Source: Haliotis cracherodii
Lineage: Eukaryota
DNA: 64,000 nucleotides
Direction: 5' to 3'
Assembly: GCF_022045235.1 (NCBI RefSeq)
Contig: NW_027266273.1
Span: 29,140,001 to 29,204,000 of the forward strand
The position numbers and the translations under genes were made by a program. The notes under the pieces were generated by a model. That model ran no database searches. It saw only the letters and a program-made list of their open reading frames with translations, and was not told the DNA's origin. Below are positions 12,330 to 26,539 of this stretch, in pieces. Within the stretch, counting starts at the first letter, position 1. Each line of letters opens with the position of its first letter.

Positions 12330-14196
12330 CGTGTTTAAGTATGGCAACACGGAATATCTCACAGGAGGAGGTGGATCAGTTGGTTTCTTCTTTGACGTTA
12401 ATTTTCAACCTGAAGCTGAAACACCAGAAGAGTTAATGCAATGGATCACCGAGGTCTGTAGGCTAAAGCAAAAACAGGGGGAACCAACAGCAGCTGCTAA
12501 TTGCAGCTCCCTTCTCTACCCACTACAGTCACCATGGCTAAGAGTCCACAGCTACCGTACTTCTCAGGTGACAGGAAGGGAGATGCTGACTTTGATAAGT
12601 GGATGCATGAGTATACATGTATGTGTTCCCACTACTCCACCAACTTTGTCCTGGAAACAGTCAGACATTCACTACGTGGCAAGGCGGCCAGAGTGGCTAT
12701 GCACGTGGACAAGAATGCCTCACTAAATGCCTCATCAACAAGGTGGATAGTGTATTTGGCAATATACACACAGAGCACAACATCATGGCGCAGTTCTACA
12801 TGGCCAAACAAGGGGAAATGAGCTAAGTGGTCCTCTCATCTGGGGGATATTCTCAGCCAAGACGTTATCCTTGGTAAGGTGCAACCTAGCGACACAAAAC
12901 AGATTCTTTTTGATGCCTTCGTGATGATTTGAAGGATCTAACCAGCCATAAAGCAGACCAGGATGAGCCATATGAGAAATCAACAATCAAGAAGACTTAC
13001 GCCATCAACAAGACCACTGTCACCCCAGACAACTCTGAACTCATGGAGATCAAAGGCCTGTTGAAATCGATGTCTGATAGCGAACCTCAAGGTACATGTT
13101 GGTATGACTGACAGGCCAGGATGCACCCTAAACTAGGATGCACCCTAAACCAGGATTTGCTATCCTCAGGTCAAGGTCTAGGTCAACAGTTAACACAGTC
13201 TGCAAGGACAAGAAGACATCAACCCTTCGGGCGTCACCCAACTGGCTGTGAGACACCAGCCTGGTTCCAGGGACCACAGACCTTTGAAGACATCCCAAGA
13301 TGTTACAGATGTGGGCAGTCTGGACATATTCAGAAGGGATGTAGAGCAGTCATCGATGGAGACCCTTTAAACTACCACATGCCTATAGGGAAGGGGAGGG
13401 CCATGGGCCTTGGAAGCATCGACAACCAGCAGATAGCAGCTGAGACCCAACAGAGAGTATGGTTACCATCAATGGAGTCAAGTGTAAGGCATTACTGGTC
13501 ACAGGAGCAACCATCTCATCTATATTAGAGACATTCTACCGGCAGAACTTCCCTGGTGTTCCACTTGAACCCTTGTTACAGGTAGAATGCGCTTGAACAG
13601 GAGTCTATTCAACATGCTTGGCACACTGAAGCCCGAACAGAAGCACTACTTGAAAGAATTTGTTGGTCCACTTGTCCATGCTTATAATGCAACCAGGACA
13701 AGAATAAACGAGTGCAAGATAAACCCCCTTTTGTCCCCTCCTCTTACCCATAGGATATTAACAGTTGAGGAAATTGAAGAAGAGCCAGTAAGACCAGATC
13801 CGACTCCAGGACCTGAGAAACTTAAAGAACCAGAACCAGAGAACATCAGTGTCGGATCAAGATGAGCGTGGGTCCATCTTAAGCCTGCTTGTTGAACTTC
13901 CAACGGAGCCAGATGATACAACTGTCATCAGTGCAGGATCCTTGGAATGAGATTCTCCTTCACAGCCGGAGGGTGACGACCTGACTACTGTGGATTTAGA
14001 CAGCTATTCTTTTGGTGGTGATGGCCACATGCTGCAGGAATCAGAGAAAACCGGTACATGTAAAGTGGATGCTAGAGAAGAGAAGCAGCAGATGCGTATG
14101 TCAGTGAAGAACAGGACACAGACACAGAGGTAGGAGCCACTGTTCCTGTCCCATCAGATAACCGACCAAGGCCAAGACACAAGCAACCACCTAAAG
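12330..14196 (+). mobile_element. Gypsy remnant with PNMA-like gag, knuckle, protease and integrase pieces
   Basis: FSGDRKGDADFDKW...VRHSLRGKAA; CYRCGQSGHIQKGC; INGVKCKALLVTGA; RLNRSLFNMLGTL...LVHAYNAT. RT is deleted. Confidence 0.85.
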
Positions 14197-14701
14197 TACT
14201 CACGGAAATGGAAAAAAACTGTTTTTTCGACCTCAGATCTGAAATAAATGCAGTTAATATACAAAATATGTAAATATTCAAACAACTAAATTAGTACTAA
14301 CTGGGCCATGGCACAAATACAGTGTATCAAATGTTTTTATGCCTTTTTACACGTAAAAGTGTGTAAAAATGTGAATAAAACAGACTATTGTGAAACAGGG
14401 CATAACCAGGTGTAAGTAGATCAAGGTGACCTATGACACCTTGACGACAGGTGAGAACAGGTGCATAATGCCTATAGTCTGTTTCTGCTATGTCAATTTG
14501 GACTTAGTTTTATTTTTGAATGTTGAAAGTGCCGACAAATTACCTCCTGTAAAGTACATTTTGTATTGTTCACTGAGATCAAACTAGCAAATCCAGACTA
14601 GTACTTTTTGAGTTGTTTTGTTATTTCGTATTTACAGCTACATAACACTTTGTGTCGATTTTTAAATTGAGAAAAACAGGGTTTTTTTATTTCCGTGAGT
14701 A
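14197..14701. mobile_element. About 500-bp MITE (TIR tactcacggaaat)
   Basis: Inverted match ctaaagtactcacggaaat / atttccgtgagtactttag. Confidence 0.8.
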
Positions 14702-15298
14702 CTTTAGAACATCACTCCTGCAGAGACAGTCATCAGAATTGCAGTGCTCAGGAGATTATGTGATGAGTCGGACAACAATAGAGGACAGGGACGACAGAGC
14801 TGGACTCATCTGACAGCTTGGAGCTGGTGGCATCTTTGTTTGAATTGTAGGTGCAATATCTCAGCTCATCATCATGTTATGAGGACATCATTTGGGTGCA
14901 GGGGGTAGTATGTGGCAGGGTCAAGTACTTTTACATATGTAATCTTTTAACTAAGATTTACCAGTTAGCAGATTTACTAGTTAGCAGTACGCGTTACACA
15001 GTTGAAGCCTTAAAAATAACTCAACAAAAATTAAAGTTCATGTCTGTTTACTAATTGAAACTAAAATTTACACCATATTTAGATTAACAATTTCTTAATT
15101 CACAATTTACAACAATATGTCCTTATTTGACTATGAAAAAGCCCTTATTTGGCGTAATTATGACTTTACAAATTATATGCAGTTGGGCCTTATTTGACAC
15201 TGTTAGAGGCAGCCACCGACAACATTGCTGATCTTTACATCAAAGCATGACTATAAAGTAACAAGCCCAGGGAGTTCACTGCCGCCCGCTTCTGTTAC

Positions 15299-15530
15299 GT
15301 GAATGAGTCATTACTGGGCCTTAACTGAATATTATAGGGCGCTTCACTCAATATCATGCTAATATCACATGTAATGTTCTGTAAGTAAAATCAGAGTTAC
15401 TTCCCCTGAATACTGTGAATGAGTCATTACTGGGCCTTAACTGAATATTAAAGGGCACTTCACTCAATATCATGCTAATATCACATGTAATGTTCTGTAA
15501 GTAAAATCAGAGTTACTTCCCCTGAATACT
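15299..15530. repeat. Tandem duplication of about 116 bp
   Basis: gtgaatgagtcattactggg...cccctgaatact occurs twice, nearly identical. Confidence 0.95.
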
Positions 15531-16139
15531 GTGTTGTTGTTCATTGAAGTCAGCGACATTATAAGTGCTTTAAAAACCACACGAAACAGCTACATGCCGC
15601 TGTGCAGAACAACACCACACCAAGCCATGCGTGTGTGCGTGCGTGCGATTGTTTTCAATGTTTTTGCTGGGTTCGAATCCTTCTGTCCAGCAAGGTTGTA
15701 TGACCGTGTTATCATTTTTAACTAATTAGTTGACTACACTGGTAATAGGTGTATGAGTGTTGTATGTTTGACATGAGTGGCCAAATAATATCACTTGTAT
15801 ATATATACATATATTTGATAAAGTGATATTTACTTATAAAGTCACATCTATATTTAATAAATTCAAAAGTACCTGTAACAGATTGTACATATTTATTAGA
15901 TTCTATATTATATTTGCTTATGTTATTATTTCATTGTTTCAGGCTAATGTATGTTCATGCATACATACAATGGATAAATAAACGTCAATAGCCTCACATC
16001 CCAAAGCCTTTTGTGCTCTTTTGGGACACTACCCCTATCAGCCCAAACTTTCCTTGCATCACGAATAGCATTAATATGACCGCCCGCCACTTCACTCATA
16101 GTTGTTAGTGACAACAGCTGTACCCATGAATATTTTAGA

Positions 16140-17105
16140 AAGAATTCGTTGTCATCAAAGCCCATGCTAAAGCCCTGTCACGACCTCATCTTGTTTGATT
16201 TTCAACATTTCTGTCAGTGTTTGGTTATGTCTCTCCAGTAAGCCATTGCTCCAGGGACTGTTAGCTGCTGTAGTTTTTACTGTTACCTTTTAGCCATATC
16301 TTGTAGCTCACTATTGTCAAACTTGCCACCTTTAATAGCATTCAGTTTTCAAGGAGCTTCAAGTGTTCCTATCCAATGTTTAACAAAGCTTTTTTACAGA
16401 CACACTAGACTACTTTGACGTGAATTAGTCTATTGTGTGAAGATACCATGTACCCTGTTCTGCTCATGCAAGTCCACAGGGACAATTTCACTCTACTCAA
16501 ATCTGTTGTGAAGGTTTAACAGAACCTTTGGTTTGTCTTCTAAATTCATGGTCTTATTGACACCAAGACTGCTTCAGTTCATACCATATGATTGTCATCA
16601 AGTCCATTTCTGCTCAAAATATCCACACAATAATGTCCACTGGATGTGAGGTCAAAACCACAGGATTGCCTAACATCATACCTTTGGGTCCAATACAGTT
16701 CCAGCTTTTGATCAGAAGAAGGGGCAAGTGTACAGCTATCACTTCTGCATCTATACAAGCAGTTTCCCCAAACAAACGATTCTTGACTTGGAACTGAGTT
16801 GTCACTTTCTCTAAAGTTGCAACAGAAAATCTAACCAATTTTCACCCCAGATTGTCAGAGTACAAGTTGTTTCTATAACAGCAGATTCTTGTGATTCAAC
16901 TATAAATATTTCAAATTCTGTCAGTTGTTCACTTGACCTTGTCAACAAAGTAATGTTACAATGTTTCAATATCTTAAGAAACTTGTGAATCTAGCGGTTC
17001 TGTAAGTTTTACACAATCCTGTTTGTTTGAACAATCTTTTGCCCAATGACAAGTATGCTGACACACTGCACATCTTGATACTGTTCCAAACCAATAGGTA
17101 AGTAC
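16140..17105 (-). mobile_element. Copia (GalEa-like) remnant: gag knuckle, protease, integrase
   Basis: RCAVCQHTCHWAKDC; IDAEVIAVHLPLLL; KSFVKHWIG...GGKFDNSELQDM...KTTAANSPWSNGLLERHNQTL. Protease is followed directly by integrase. Confidence 0.75.
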
Positions 17106-17384
17106 CTCTCACTGGCTTGTGTGACATGCTTGGAGGATAGAAACTTTTTGTCTTGTAAATCTCGGAGTCCCTTGCCTGTATTGTGTTAGGTAGACTGTTT
17201 CTTGTTCTGTATTACAACAATGAACAGGTATACTTGCAATTATTCCCTCCCGGTATTCTTCAGTCCACTCCCACTTGAGGTTCTTTTCCAACAGTTCATT
17301 CAATTGCCTCAACAGCTGACAATGTTTTCAAACATGATGATGCAGATTTACCTGTGGAATTGGCTTGTCATGCGTCGCATTTTA

Positions 17385-17880
17385 TATCCAAGACATGGTT
17401 AAGACTAAAATTTTGGCCAAGCAATAAACATACAAATGTTGCTACATCATGCACTGGATGCTTAAAGGTGAACTTTGCAGTACAATAGAGGCTGCTACGG
17501 GGACAGCATGACGCTGCTGCATTCACGTCTTATCAGTTTCAAATGTTAAAAGAGATGGCAGTACAGTTCAGTGACAATGCACACTTTGTATGTGTAGATT
17601 ATAAAGCCACTGTACCACCAGAGAGCCCAAGAACCCAATCTCCAGTTGGGATGAAACTGGTTGCATCAGACAATGATTTTCACATTGCAGGAGCCGTCCC
17701 ATCAGTAATACTTCATTCGACATTCCTGAAGACTACTGAGACAGCTTTCATCATGGTATAATACACATGACACTCAAAGACAAATTTTGTCAAGCTTCCA
17801 GCCCGATGAGATATATACTTAGAACGCAGCTATTCAGAGACATAATGCATCCTCTGACGATGTAAATTTGGACCGTCCTA
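17385..17880 (+). mobile_element. Zator-like DDE transposase remnant
   Basis: WLRLKFWP...LKEMAVQF...FVCVDYKATVP...SDNDFHIAGAVPSV...TLKDK, resembling the DDK...DHDF...PSV motifs of this group. Confidence 0.55.
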
Positions 17881-17949
17881 TTTGTTAAAGATAAGTACTC
17901 AAGTGTCGATCAGTCAGATCAAGTAGCCGCAGTCGAGTGTTGAACAGTT

Positions 17950-19020
17950 CCATATTCCGGTTCACTGCAGACCCGGGATTACAGACACTCGATGATTAGA
18001 TTTGCTACAGTCCACCTGAAAGGTGAAGCATGAATGTTGGCTCAAGGACTGGGCTACAGTGGCAGGAATTTACCTCGGCATTCCAGGTACTGACAAAGTC
18101 TTTCTGGCATCATGTTAAAGTGCAAGAGCATTCTTGGATAAAGTAACAGTAATGGCCCAACTGTTGTGTCCATGACTTGGTTGCTCTATGCAAGGTTTAC
18201 ACAGCTATTGGGGATTGTGTTGTTACACTACAGCAACTAAAGTACTTGCAATCCCTTCACAATCAACCCTGTCATTACTGTGACTACAAAAAGTCCACAA
18301 GCCCATTCACACAGGCTCGCAACCAGACAAGGCTGTGGATAGGCTGAGTACACTTAATGCAACAACCTCGCAGCAGTCAACTGAACAAAAACCCACTGAA
18401 GCTATCGTTTAAAAGTGAAAACACAACTCCAAAACAGGTAGACACTGAAATGAAGAAAATGCCCTGTCCTCTGTGTACAGGACCCGCTATTTGTGCAGAT
18501 GTCCTCTCTTCTGTAATGACCATGTTAAAGAAAGATGACACATTTGCGTATAATTATTTTAAACGAGTACACTCTGCATTGAAATATTTTTCGAAAGCAT
18601 CCCACCATGCTACATCTGAATACAGAGGAAAAGCCAGTTGCTACAAATAAGAAAATACAATCAACAAGGGTGGATCAAGTACACTTCTGACTTGTTCCCA
18701 TATTGACAAATGGTCCCAATGGTGGCCATGCTTGACTTGGCGAGTGATATCCTATGTTGTTTAGCCGTATCCATCTATTGCTTGATAAAGGTGTTAGGAT
18801 CTACACCGAAACGTTGCACTAATTGTAATAAAGAAGTTGTTCATCCATAGAACTGGTCTTACTTCATCACTCCAACTTCTAAATGCCACTGAAAGGAGTG
18901 ATATCACACTCAATGACATTAATCTCTCCAAAGAGCTTGGATTAAAGGGTGATCAACACTCACTCACAGTTAAAACTCTGACAGCGGTGATACAACAGGT
19001 TTGAAGTAAAGTCATCTTGG
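17950..19020 (+). mobile_element. BEL/Pao gag-protease remnant
   Basis: HLKGEA*MLAQGLG, CPLC knuckle, GSDITL...SKELGLKG..HSLTVKTL. Confidence 0.6.
18725..18885 (+). mobile_element. Penelope-like pLTR fragment
   Basis: cttgataaag-gtg...cacc-gaaacgttg followed by aataaa, the typical PLE terminal signature. Confidence 0.55.
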
Positions 19021-19029
19021 ATACAAAGA

Positions 19030-21000
19030 TGAGGATTTTCAGGACTTTCTTAAAGAACTGCAATATGAGGCTAAACATCTTGATAGACTGGACGACAACT
19101 TCCTCATGGATGCAGTCATTATTAATTCTCTACCTCATATAAAACAGTTCATTTTGACAAGATTGCATGAGAATGAGGATTAAGTCCTGGAAGAATAGCA
19201 AATGCTGCATTTTGACTGGCTACATAAGAGAATGACAAACTTGTGTCTGCAGAAGTGGTTGTACGATGTTGATATCAGGGACATAAGTGACAATGACGTG
19301 CCCTATTAACAAAACTGGAGCCCTGCTCTAAGGAACATGAACACGGAGAAGAGGATGTCACAACCACAATTATGGAACATTTGTGGACAATGCGGGAGGA
19401 GACATTTAAATATGTCAGAGTGTATTGCTGGATCATTGCAATGTTTTCATTGTGGCATGATGGGTCATCTGAAAAGATGCTGTTTATCGATTTACACCAG
19501 GGTCAGAGAAACAGTAAAGGATGGTTTAAGCCTGCCATCAACCATTGGGACATGGATTATGATATGTTCGGACATGATGGTAGGCCCATTGAAATCCAAG
19601 GAAATGAATCTCAACAAAAACATGGCTATAATGCTGATGTCACTGATTTGAGCAATGTTGTTGTCTTGACCAATTGTAAGGGTTTATGACATGGCAATAT
19701 TAGAGTAAGTATATCAGGAAAATGTCACCATGCTCAGTGTGAATAAGGTGCCAATTTGAGCTGTGTGAAATCAGATGTTTTCTCATCTATTGGTGGGAAG
19801 ACATTAGGACAGAACAAATGGAAAAGATTTATATGTTCTTGGTATATCTAAGATACCAGTTACAATATATCATTTCGTTATTCTTCAAGATTTCCACATT
19901 GTACAATGCTTATCTCCTGATGCATTGCTGGGATTGGATTTCCTTCAAAGTCATCAAGCAACTATTGATATTAGTTGCAATAGATTGAACTTGTGGGACA
20001 GACTTAGTAGAAGCCAACTTCATTACAAGATGTTGTCAATTGTCTACATGATGTACCATTCTCAGGAGACATTAGTGCCTGTGTACTTTAGGGATCCCCT
20101 CATTGAACCAAGTACACTTTCTAAGCCCGTGCATGTGCTTGGTGCACAATGCCTGATAAAACCTTTTAATCAGATAGGGATTTTAAAGGTGCTGAATCCT
20201 ACCAAATCCAACATTAGAATATGTGCAGAACAGGAAATAGGTGTTATATGTGAGATTATCAAAATGTTTTGTCAGAGTCAGATAGTAAATCACTCAGACA
20301 CACTGATTCAATCCTGCCTGTTCAAATAAATGATTTGGTTCACGTAGATTCTTTCACGTCACCAGGAACTGAGGTAGTACCTAGATATAATCATTTCAGT
20401 GATGATCAGAGTGCTGATGTTAATGGTGTATTCACACCCTATTCAGATAGTGGTGCTGTAGATAGGCCTTTATATGGTGACATGTATTCACAGGATGAAT
20501 GGCCAAGCAATCACCCTAAAATATATCATGCACAAGTTGATCTTGTTGATGATGTTAATTCACATGGAGACAACAACCTTGTCACTGATGACATGTTGCC
20601 TGAGGACAATTGGATGCTGACATGCGAGTCTGTAGGTGGAAGTGTGTCTTTTCATAAGTCATTCAGATACTCCACAAACCAATATTCAGAGTGTGATAAA
20701 CTGTGACATGGCAGATGAAGTGTCAGATGATTAAACAGAGTCAGATTCTGATGTGGTACAGGAGAAAACAGAAGAATTGAGATTTTGTTTGGAAACTGAT
20801 ATGACTGAAGACCAAACCGCAACATGTCAAATTCTTCCCACAAAAAGCAAAGATAATGAAATGTTGGGACATGGTAGTACACACAAGTTTTCCTCCAATG
20901 TCTGTACTGTAGATCACACTGCAGTATACAAAAGAGGATATCCATGCTTACCAGCTGCTGACAAGGAAAAAGATGTGCAGAGAAATGAGATATTTCAATG
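19030..21000 (+). mobile_element. Decayed Gypsy gag-protease region
   Basis: CGQCGRRH...CFHCGMMGHLKRCC knuckle; GANLSCV; LLGLDFLQSHQATID. Confidence 0.75.
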
Positions 21001-22024
21001 CAGCATGTGAACAGCTGCCTTGTATCAATGTAGCTCACCTTGGTTGCTTGTTACAGTAGTCATAGTTTGCTTGTTGACTGTTATCAATCAAACATATGGA
21101 GACAGGACACCAGAGGATCATATGCTTCGATTGATACCTGGTATGCTTGCTTACTACAGGATAGGTCCTGCACTCTATGTAACAGCTTACTCTACACCCT
21201 TGTTGGTATACCTAGATGTGGTGTACCTGGCCAGATTACTGAGGCTGTCTATGTAACAGCTTACTCTACACACTTGTTGGTATACCTAGATGTGGTGTAC
21301 CTGGCCAGAGTCTATGGACAATATGCAAGAGCAAGTTCCTCAATACAAGCTTAACAATACAGTGAATCTACAAACAACAAGATAATAAGAAAACAGCTGA
21401 GTTATGTGATTATGTTAGTAACAGTGTATGGTTCTACTGTTAAATGGCATCAAGAGAGTTTAGCAGGAAACTGCACCAGTTTTGGCAAGTCATGTGTTAT
21501 GTGGTATGGAAATATCACACAGTTGATGACATCAGCCTGGAAAGGCACCATTCCACAGAATTAGTGTTGGTGGTTGATACTAAGTTAGACCCTGAACCAG
21601 AGGTCATATACATGAGGTGTTTGCTTGAACTGATACCTAAAAGTGAACAATGGGTGAGGACCTGTAGCCCTTCATAAGGAACAGAGTTCTGTATTTACTG
21701 ATGACAAACACAGAAATGATAAGTGTGAGGACATACTGAACTATGGGGAAAACGAAACAAGTCATTTTAAAAATAACAGACTGGTAGAATTCAGATTTAG
21801 AGGTTTCAAACGAGAACTGATTATGTAGCACAGGTGGTACTAATGGACATGACAATGATACTGATGGAGCTAATGAGTTTATGAGGATATAGGGTGGTCT
21901 TTTGATATTGAGGAACATGGCAGAAGAAGTATTAAGTCATAGTTATCATGTGTGCTAGTTTAAACTTTCATGGGTACACAGAGGTTCTTTTGAGAAGTTA
22001 TGAAATGATCATAAACTGTGGAGG

Positions 22025-22170
22025 TAACATGCCTACAGAGTCATGAATTGATGGTAAGCCTTACAGGTAACATGCCTACGCAGTCATGCAATATCAACAA
22101 TGACAAAGAGGGAACATGCCTATGCAGTCATGCAATATCAACAATGACACAGAGGGAGCATGCCTAAGTC
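22025..22170. repeat. About 44-bp tandem repeat (catgcctaYgcagtcatgcaatatcaacaatgac)
   Basis: Three to four imperfect copies. Confidence 0.75.
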
Positions 22171-22574
22171 TATTTGAAAATATTAAACATATAGATGACG
22201 ATGATGTTGTTTCAAAGCTTGAGAGTTCAAGTCTAGAGATACCTGACAGTCTCTAGTTGTGAGGTACATAGTCTCTACTTCAGGTTGCTGAGTATATTGA
22301 GGAGAGTTGAAAAACTAACAATGAATTCACACGGGATGAAGGACAGAGGATTGACTTGTCTCGTGCAGACCTATAAATCGGTCAGGGAGTATAGAGGATT
22401 GGTCAGTCATACTTTATGTTATGTTTTTACCAATTCTGAAACAATTTCGGTTTGCAACAGATTAAAGACTCCTGTAAGTGTTCAAATGGTTTAATTTGCC
22501 ATACTAACTTCAGAAAATGTGTGATTTCATAAAACAAACACGAACATGCCAAAATGTATACAAATCAATAGCGT

Positions 22575-23120
22575 GTGTGTCCACCTCTGGTTGCGATGCA
22601 AGCAACACATCTTCATGTCATGGAATGGACCAGGCGTCACACAAAGTCCAGTGGGATATCTGTCCATGTCTGCTGGAGCATGTTTCGAAGTTCTTGGGAG
22701 TGTCCGTGGAAAACGTGGTTGACGTCAAAGGCGCCGATCCATCTCATCCCACATGTGCTCGATTGGTGAGAGATCAGGGGAGCGAGCCGGCCAGGGGATG
22801 ACATTCACATTGTTTTGTTGAAGAGAATCCTGAACAAGTCGAGCAATATGAGGCCGGGCGTTGAAAGTTAATACCTTGGCCATGACGACGCAAAAATGGT
22901 AGAACAACAGGGCCGATGATCTCGTCGCAGTAGTGCTGTCCATTGAGATTTCCCTGTACCACTATCTAACGGGTCCTCTGTCTTGCTGTAATCCCACCCC
23001 ATACCATAACGCTGCCGCCCCCGAACCGATCTTCTTCCATGACACAATGATTGACGTAATGTTCACCTCGACGTTGGTACACTTGAATCCGTCCATCGCT
23101 GTGGCTGAGGTGAAAACGGT
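22575..23120 (-). mobile_element. Tc1 transposase C-terminal remnant
   Basis: GGGSVMVWGGI, GNLNGQHYCDEI, NARPH, WPARSPDLSPIEHMWD. Confidence 0.92.
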
Positions 23121-23129
23121 CTGCCACAC

Positions 23130-24760
23130 CTTTAGGTGTATAGTGGGTAACAATCCATCTAGCCATGAAAGAGAAAAGACAAGGACCCAATTCTTCCATT
23201 CTTTGGCAGTCATTTGACCAAAATTTGAAGATAAATTGACAGGAATACGGCCAGTATTGGAAGGAACATGAAATGATTCAATTTGTGTAGAAAGTGAAGC
23301 AAGACTGCTTTAAGTATAGAGTTCCTTTTCAACCCAAAAGCGAAACATCTTTTCAGCTGTACCAAGAAACAAATTATGCAAAAGGTCTATTGGCGTCATT
23401 TGTGATGGTTCGAAATATGGTAAGTCAAGGAGAGATGTGTACCTGAATCAACACTTCTTTTCCATTTCTTTAGCTCTGGAGAGACATTCTGCTTTTTCTA
23501 TCCTTTTAACATAGTATAAATGCTGTGACCCACAACGACTGGGCCATTTCCCCAAATCAGGGATGCAACAACACATCACACTCTCCGTTTGACCCAAGTG
23601 GTTTGGTGCATAATGTGCATCCCTGATTAGCGCCATGACCAAGAAATCCACACAGGAATATCAGCTGCTGCAGGAATATCAGCTGCTGCACACATAAGTG
23701 CCATTTTAACTGTCACTTGAGTTGAACATCCAGGAATATCCATCAGAATGCCTTTCCAGAGTTCCTTAAGTTTACAAACATGGGGTGACAAGAAGTTACT
23801 TAAATTTTCAGGTTCTTTCTTAAGGGAGGGAATAACTCCAATCAAAATACAGTTTTCTTTCTTAAACCGCTTTTCACGCGGGAGATTCATGACCACCATA
23901 TACAATGCTCCCACTGATACGTGTTGTTGGCGTTGATAAGGTTGGAACCAGTCCACATTGAGCATCACTCCAAAATGATGGGGATGAGAGAGGAAATCTG
24001 AACCAATATATTCACAGAGTTTATTCCAGATTTCATCATCATAAACATCTGCAAATAGGCAAGTATTACATTTATTCAAGAAATGAGGACGATACAGAAA
24101 TCTCTGCAAACTCTCAATAACTCCCTGGTAACAGAAGACTTTTCTTGGCGAAATACTCTGTTTACCATCTGAATATGCTACTTCATCCACAAAAATTGTG
24201 TCACATTTGACTAAACCTTTTTGTCTACCTTTTGTTTCCAAGACCTTGTTGTAACATTTTTTCAACTGACCATCCCTGACAACTTTATTAAAATCATACA
24301 AAAAGTAACAGTTAGGGCACAAAACATATTTTGAAAATCAATTTCTCTCAACATTAAAAATTTTCCTTGCCATGTACAGTTTTCAGAAATATCTTAGCTA
24401 TTGCTGATATCACATCAGAAAATGGTGAAAGAACACACTATATTCGATTCAACACAAGAAAGAATTTAATCAAGGCTGCATCACTAACATTGTGTGGTAA
24501 TTGTATTGAAAAAAGAGATGCTGATGACTATCTCAGATGTCCTCTCCCCTGTCTCTCGCTGTTCATCTGAATCGTTCATACTTGTGTCAACAAATATCCC
24601 TTGCAAATTCTCTGCAGATGTCAGTGTGCTCTCTTCAGGCTCAACAGAGTTCTCAAAAGAAAGGTTTGCAATTTCAGTTTTTAAAAAACCCAAATGTCTG
24701 TTTGTTAGCATCAGGGCTTTCAGAACTTGTTTCAAACTGGAAGTAAAGAATATAATCACT
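23130..24760 (-). pseudogene. EnSpm/CACTA (Transposase_21-like) transposase remnant
   Basis: DVYDDEIW...LNVDWFQPY...SVGALYMVVMNLPREKRFKKENCILIGVIP...AADIPA; PIDLLHNLFLGTAE; P.NTGRIP. Confidence 0.85.
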
Positions 24761-25129
24761 CATAGCTTATCATGTTTATAGAGATCAATTATCCAATTTC
24801 ATTGTGCACATGATGCTGGGGTGTTAGTACAAAAACATATGAATAACAACACTTTCTATCCACTAGGATTTCACATATTGCTACACCCCCTAAAATATGA
24901 AAATGATACTATTTAATTTGGTCAGTTTAAGTAGCTGTACCACAGCCTCTAGCAGATGTTTGCATCTGGCTAATCAGCTGTGTTTGTTGAAATTCCTGAG
25001 CATCTAACTAAAAAAGTACAGATGTTTTTCAGTTAATCTCTTTGATACTTATTGCCAACCTATTTAAGTCAATTATGTCAATATTTGGCATCTGTAACTT
25101 TCATAGTTATTTGGTGACAAGAAGTTAAT

Positions 25130-25900
25130 TAATTATATATTATTCATCTGTTTTAAAACACTACAGTATAATATGTTAGTGTGTTCTGCAGCTTGATAAG
25201 ACATATTGACTAAGATGGCTGTAGCTGTATCTATGTTGTTGTATATGGTATTAAACAAAGTGGAATATAAGTTACTGAAGATATTTCTAAAGGCAGTGAT
25301 GAAGCAATGATTCAAATCTTTGTTCCATGAAGTCGTAATCCATGTTTTTGTTTCTTGTTTGTCTCTGTTCCTTTCATTTGTGAATGAAGGCAAATAAAAT
25401 TTGGATACAGTGTTTGGACTTTGTTTTGCAATGTCAGTGTCAAGTTAACAGAAGAAAGGGATGTGACAGGATGTGTCGAATGTACCAACATCTGTCATCT
25501 GTCATCAACTCCCAGTGTGCGTGATGCATGGAAATTCCCCAGCTGTGTCATTCTACCTTTTTTTTAAGTATGAATACGAAAAGAGCGACACAATTCAACT
25601 TATTTAATGCCACAGTTATTGTACACTGAATTGTCTTTAGAACATCTTGGCAAATCCACATTAATCAATGGATAATTATCGGATCCTGTATAAAGTCTAA
25701 ATGATCAGCTGGTATAGTCCAGGAAGAAACATTAACTATTAGTTTTGTTGACACCGAACATAGATTTACAAAGTCTGAGCTGCAGTTTCTCAGGAATGAA
25801 CAAATCAGAGTTGTTCAGGATTGATTCTATACCCCGGATTTTACTTTTATATTGGATTACTGACTCAATTAAGTTTTTTAATAATTCGCAAGAGCCATCA
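25130..25900 (-). mobile_element. Decayed LINE endonuclease-region fragment
   Basis: Minus strand LPRCSKDNSVYNNCGIK*VELCRS resembles the R.S.D...N..G..L.ELC motif of APE domains. Confidence 0.4.
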
Positions 25901-26539
25901 AAGGATACACCTTGGCTTTAACAAACTCCGGTTCGGGCGCAATAACATATATTCAACTGAACAACACAAAATGACAACATTGTCTAAAAACAGTTGAATG
26001 CTGATACCAAATGAAACCCAATGCCTGAGGGAAAGCTTCAGGCCGTGCAGCCAAAGAAAAAACTCACATAAGTTCCAGCTGCATGCGGAGCCAGCCCGAC
26101 TGGAAGTTAAACTTATGTTACTACACAACATATACAAAAAATGTTAAAATGAAGCTTGTGGTAGGCCCTAGGCCCTTTTTTCGGTTTAACATTATTTTTA
26201 AGTTTACCATTTGCATCTTATGTTATTTCTAAGTAATTATATCTATCTGTATCTAGAATTTTTGCAACTAGTATTTTCTTACCTCGATGTTGGAGTTAAA
26301 GGGATGTGAAATGCCCTTGAAAGTTTTCACTTTATAAAAGATATCATGATATAATGATGATATACTGAAACGCCTTGAAAACGAACCGGCTTAAAGAGGG
26401 AAATTGACGCTAAACCGAAATTTTATATGGTGTTGGCTGTGTACTACAATGACGCTCAGATAACTTAGTTCCGCATTCGAATTGACAAGTGTCATAGGAA
26501 AGTAAAAAATTTCAATGTAGTGGAAATGGAACACGCAAG

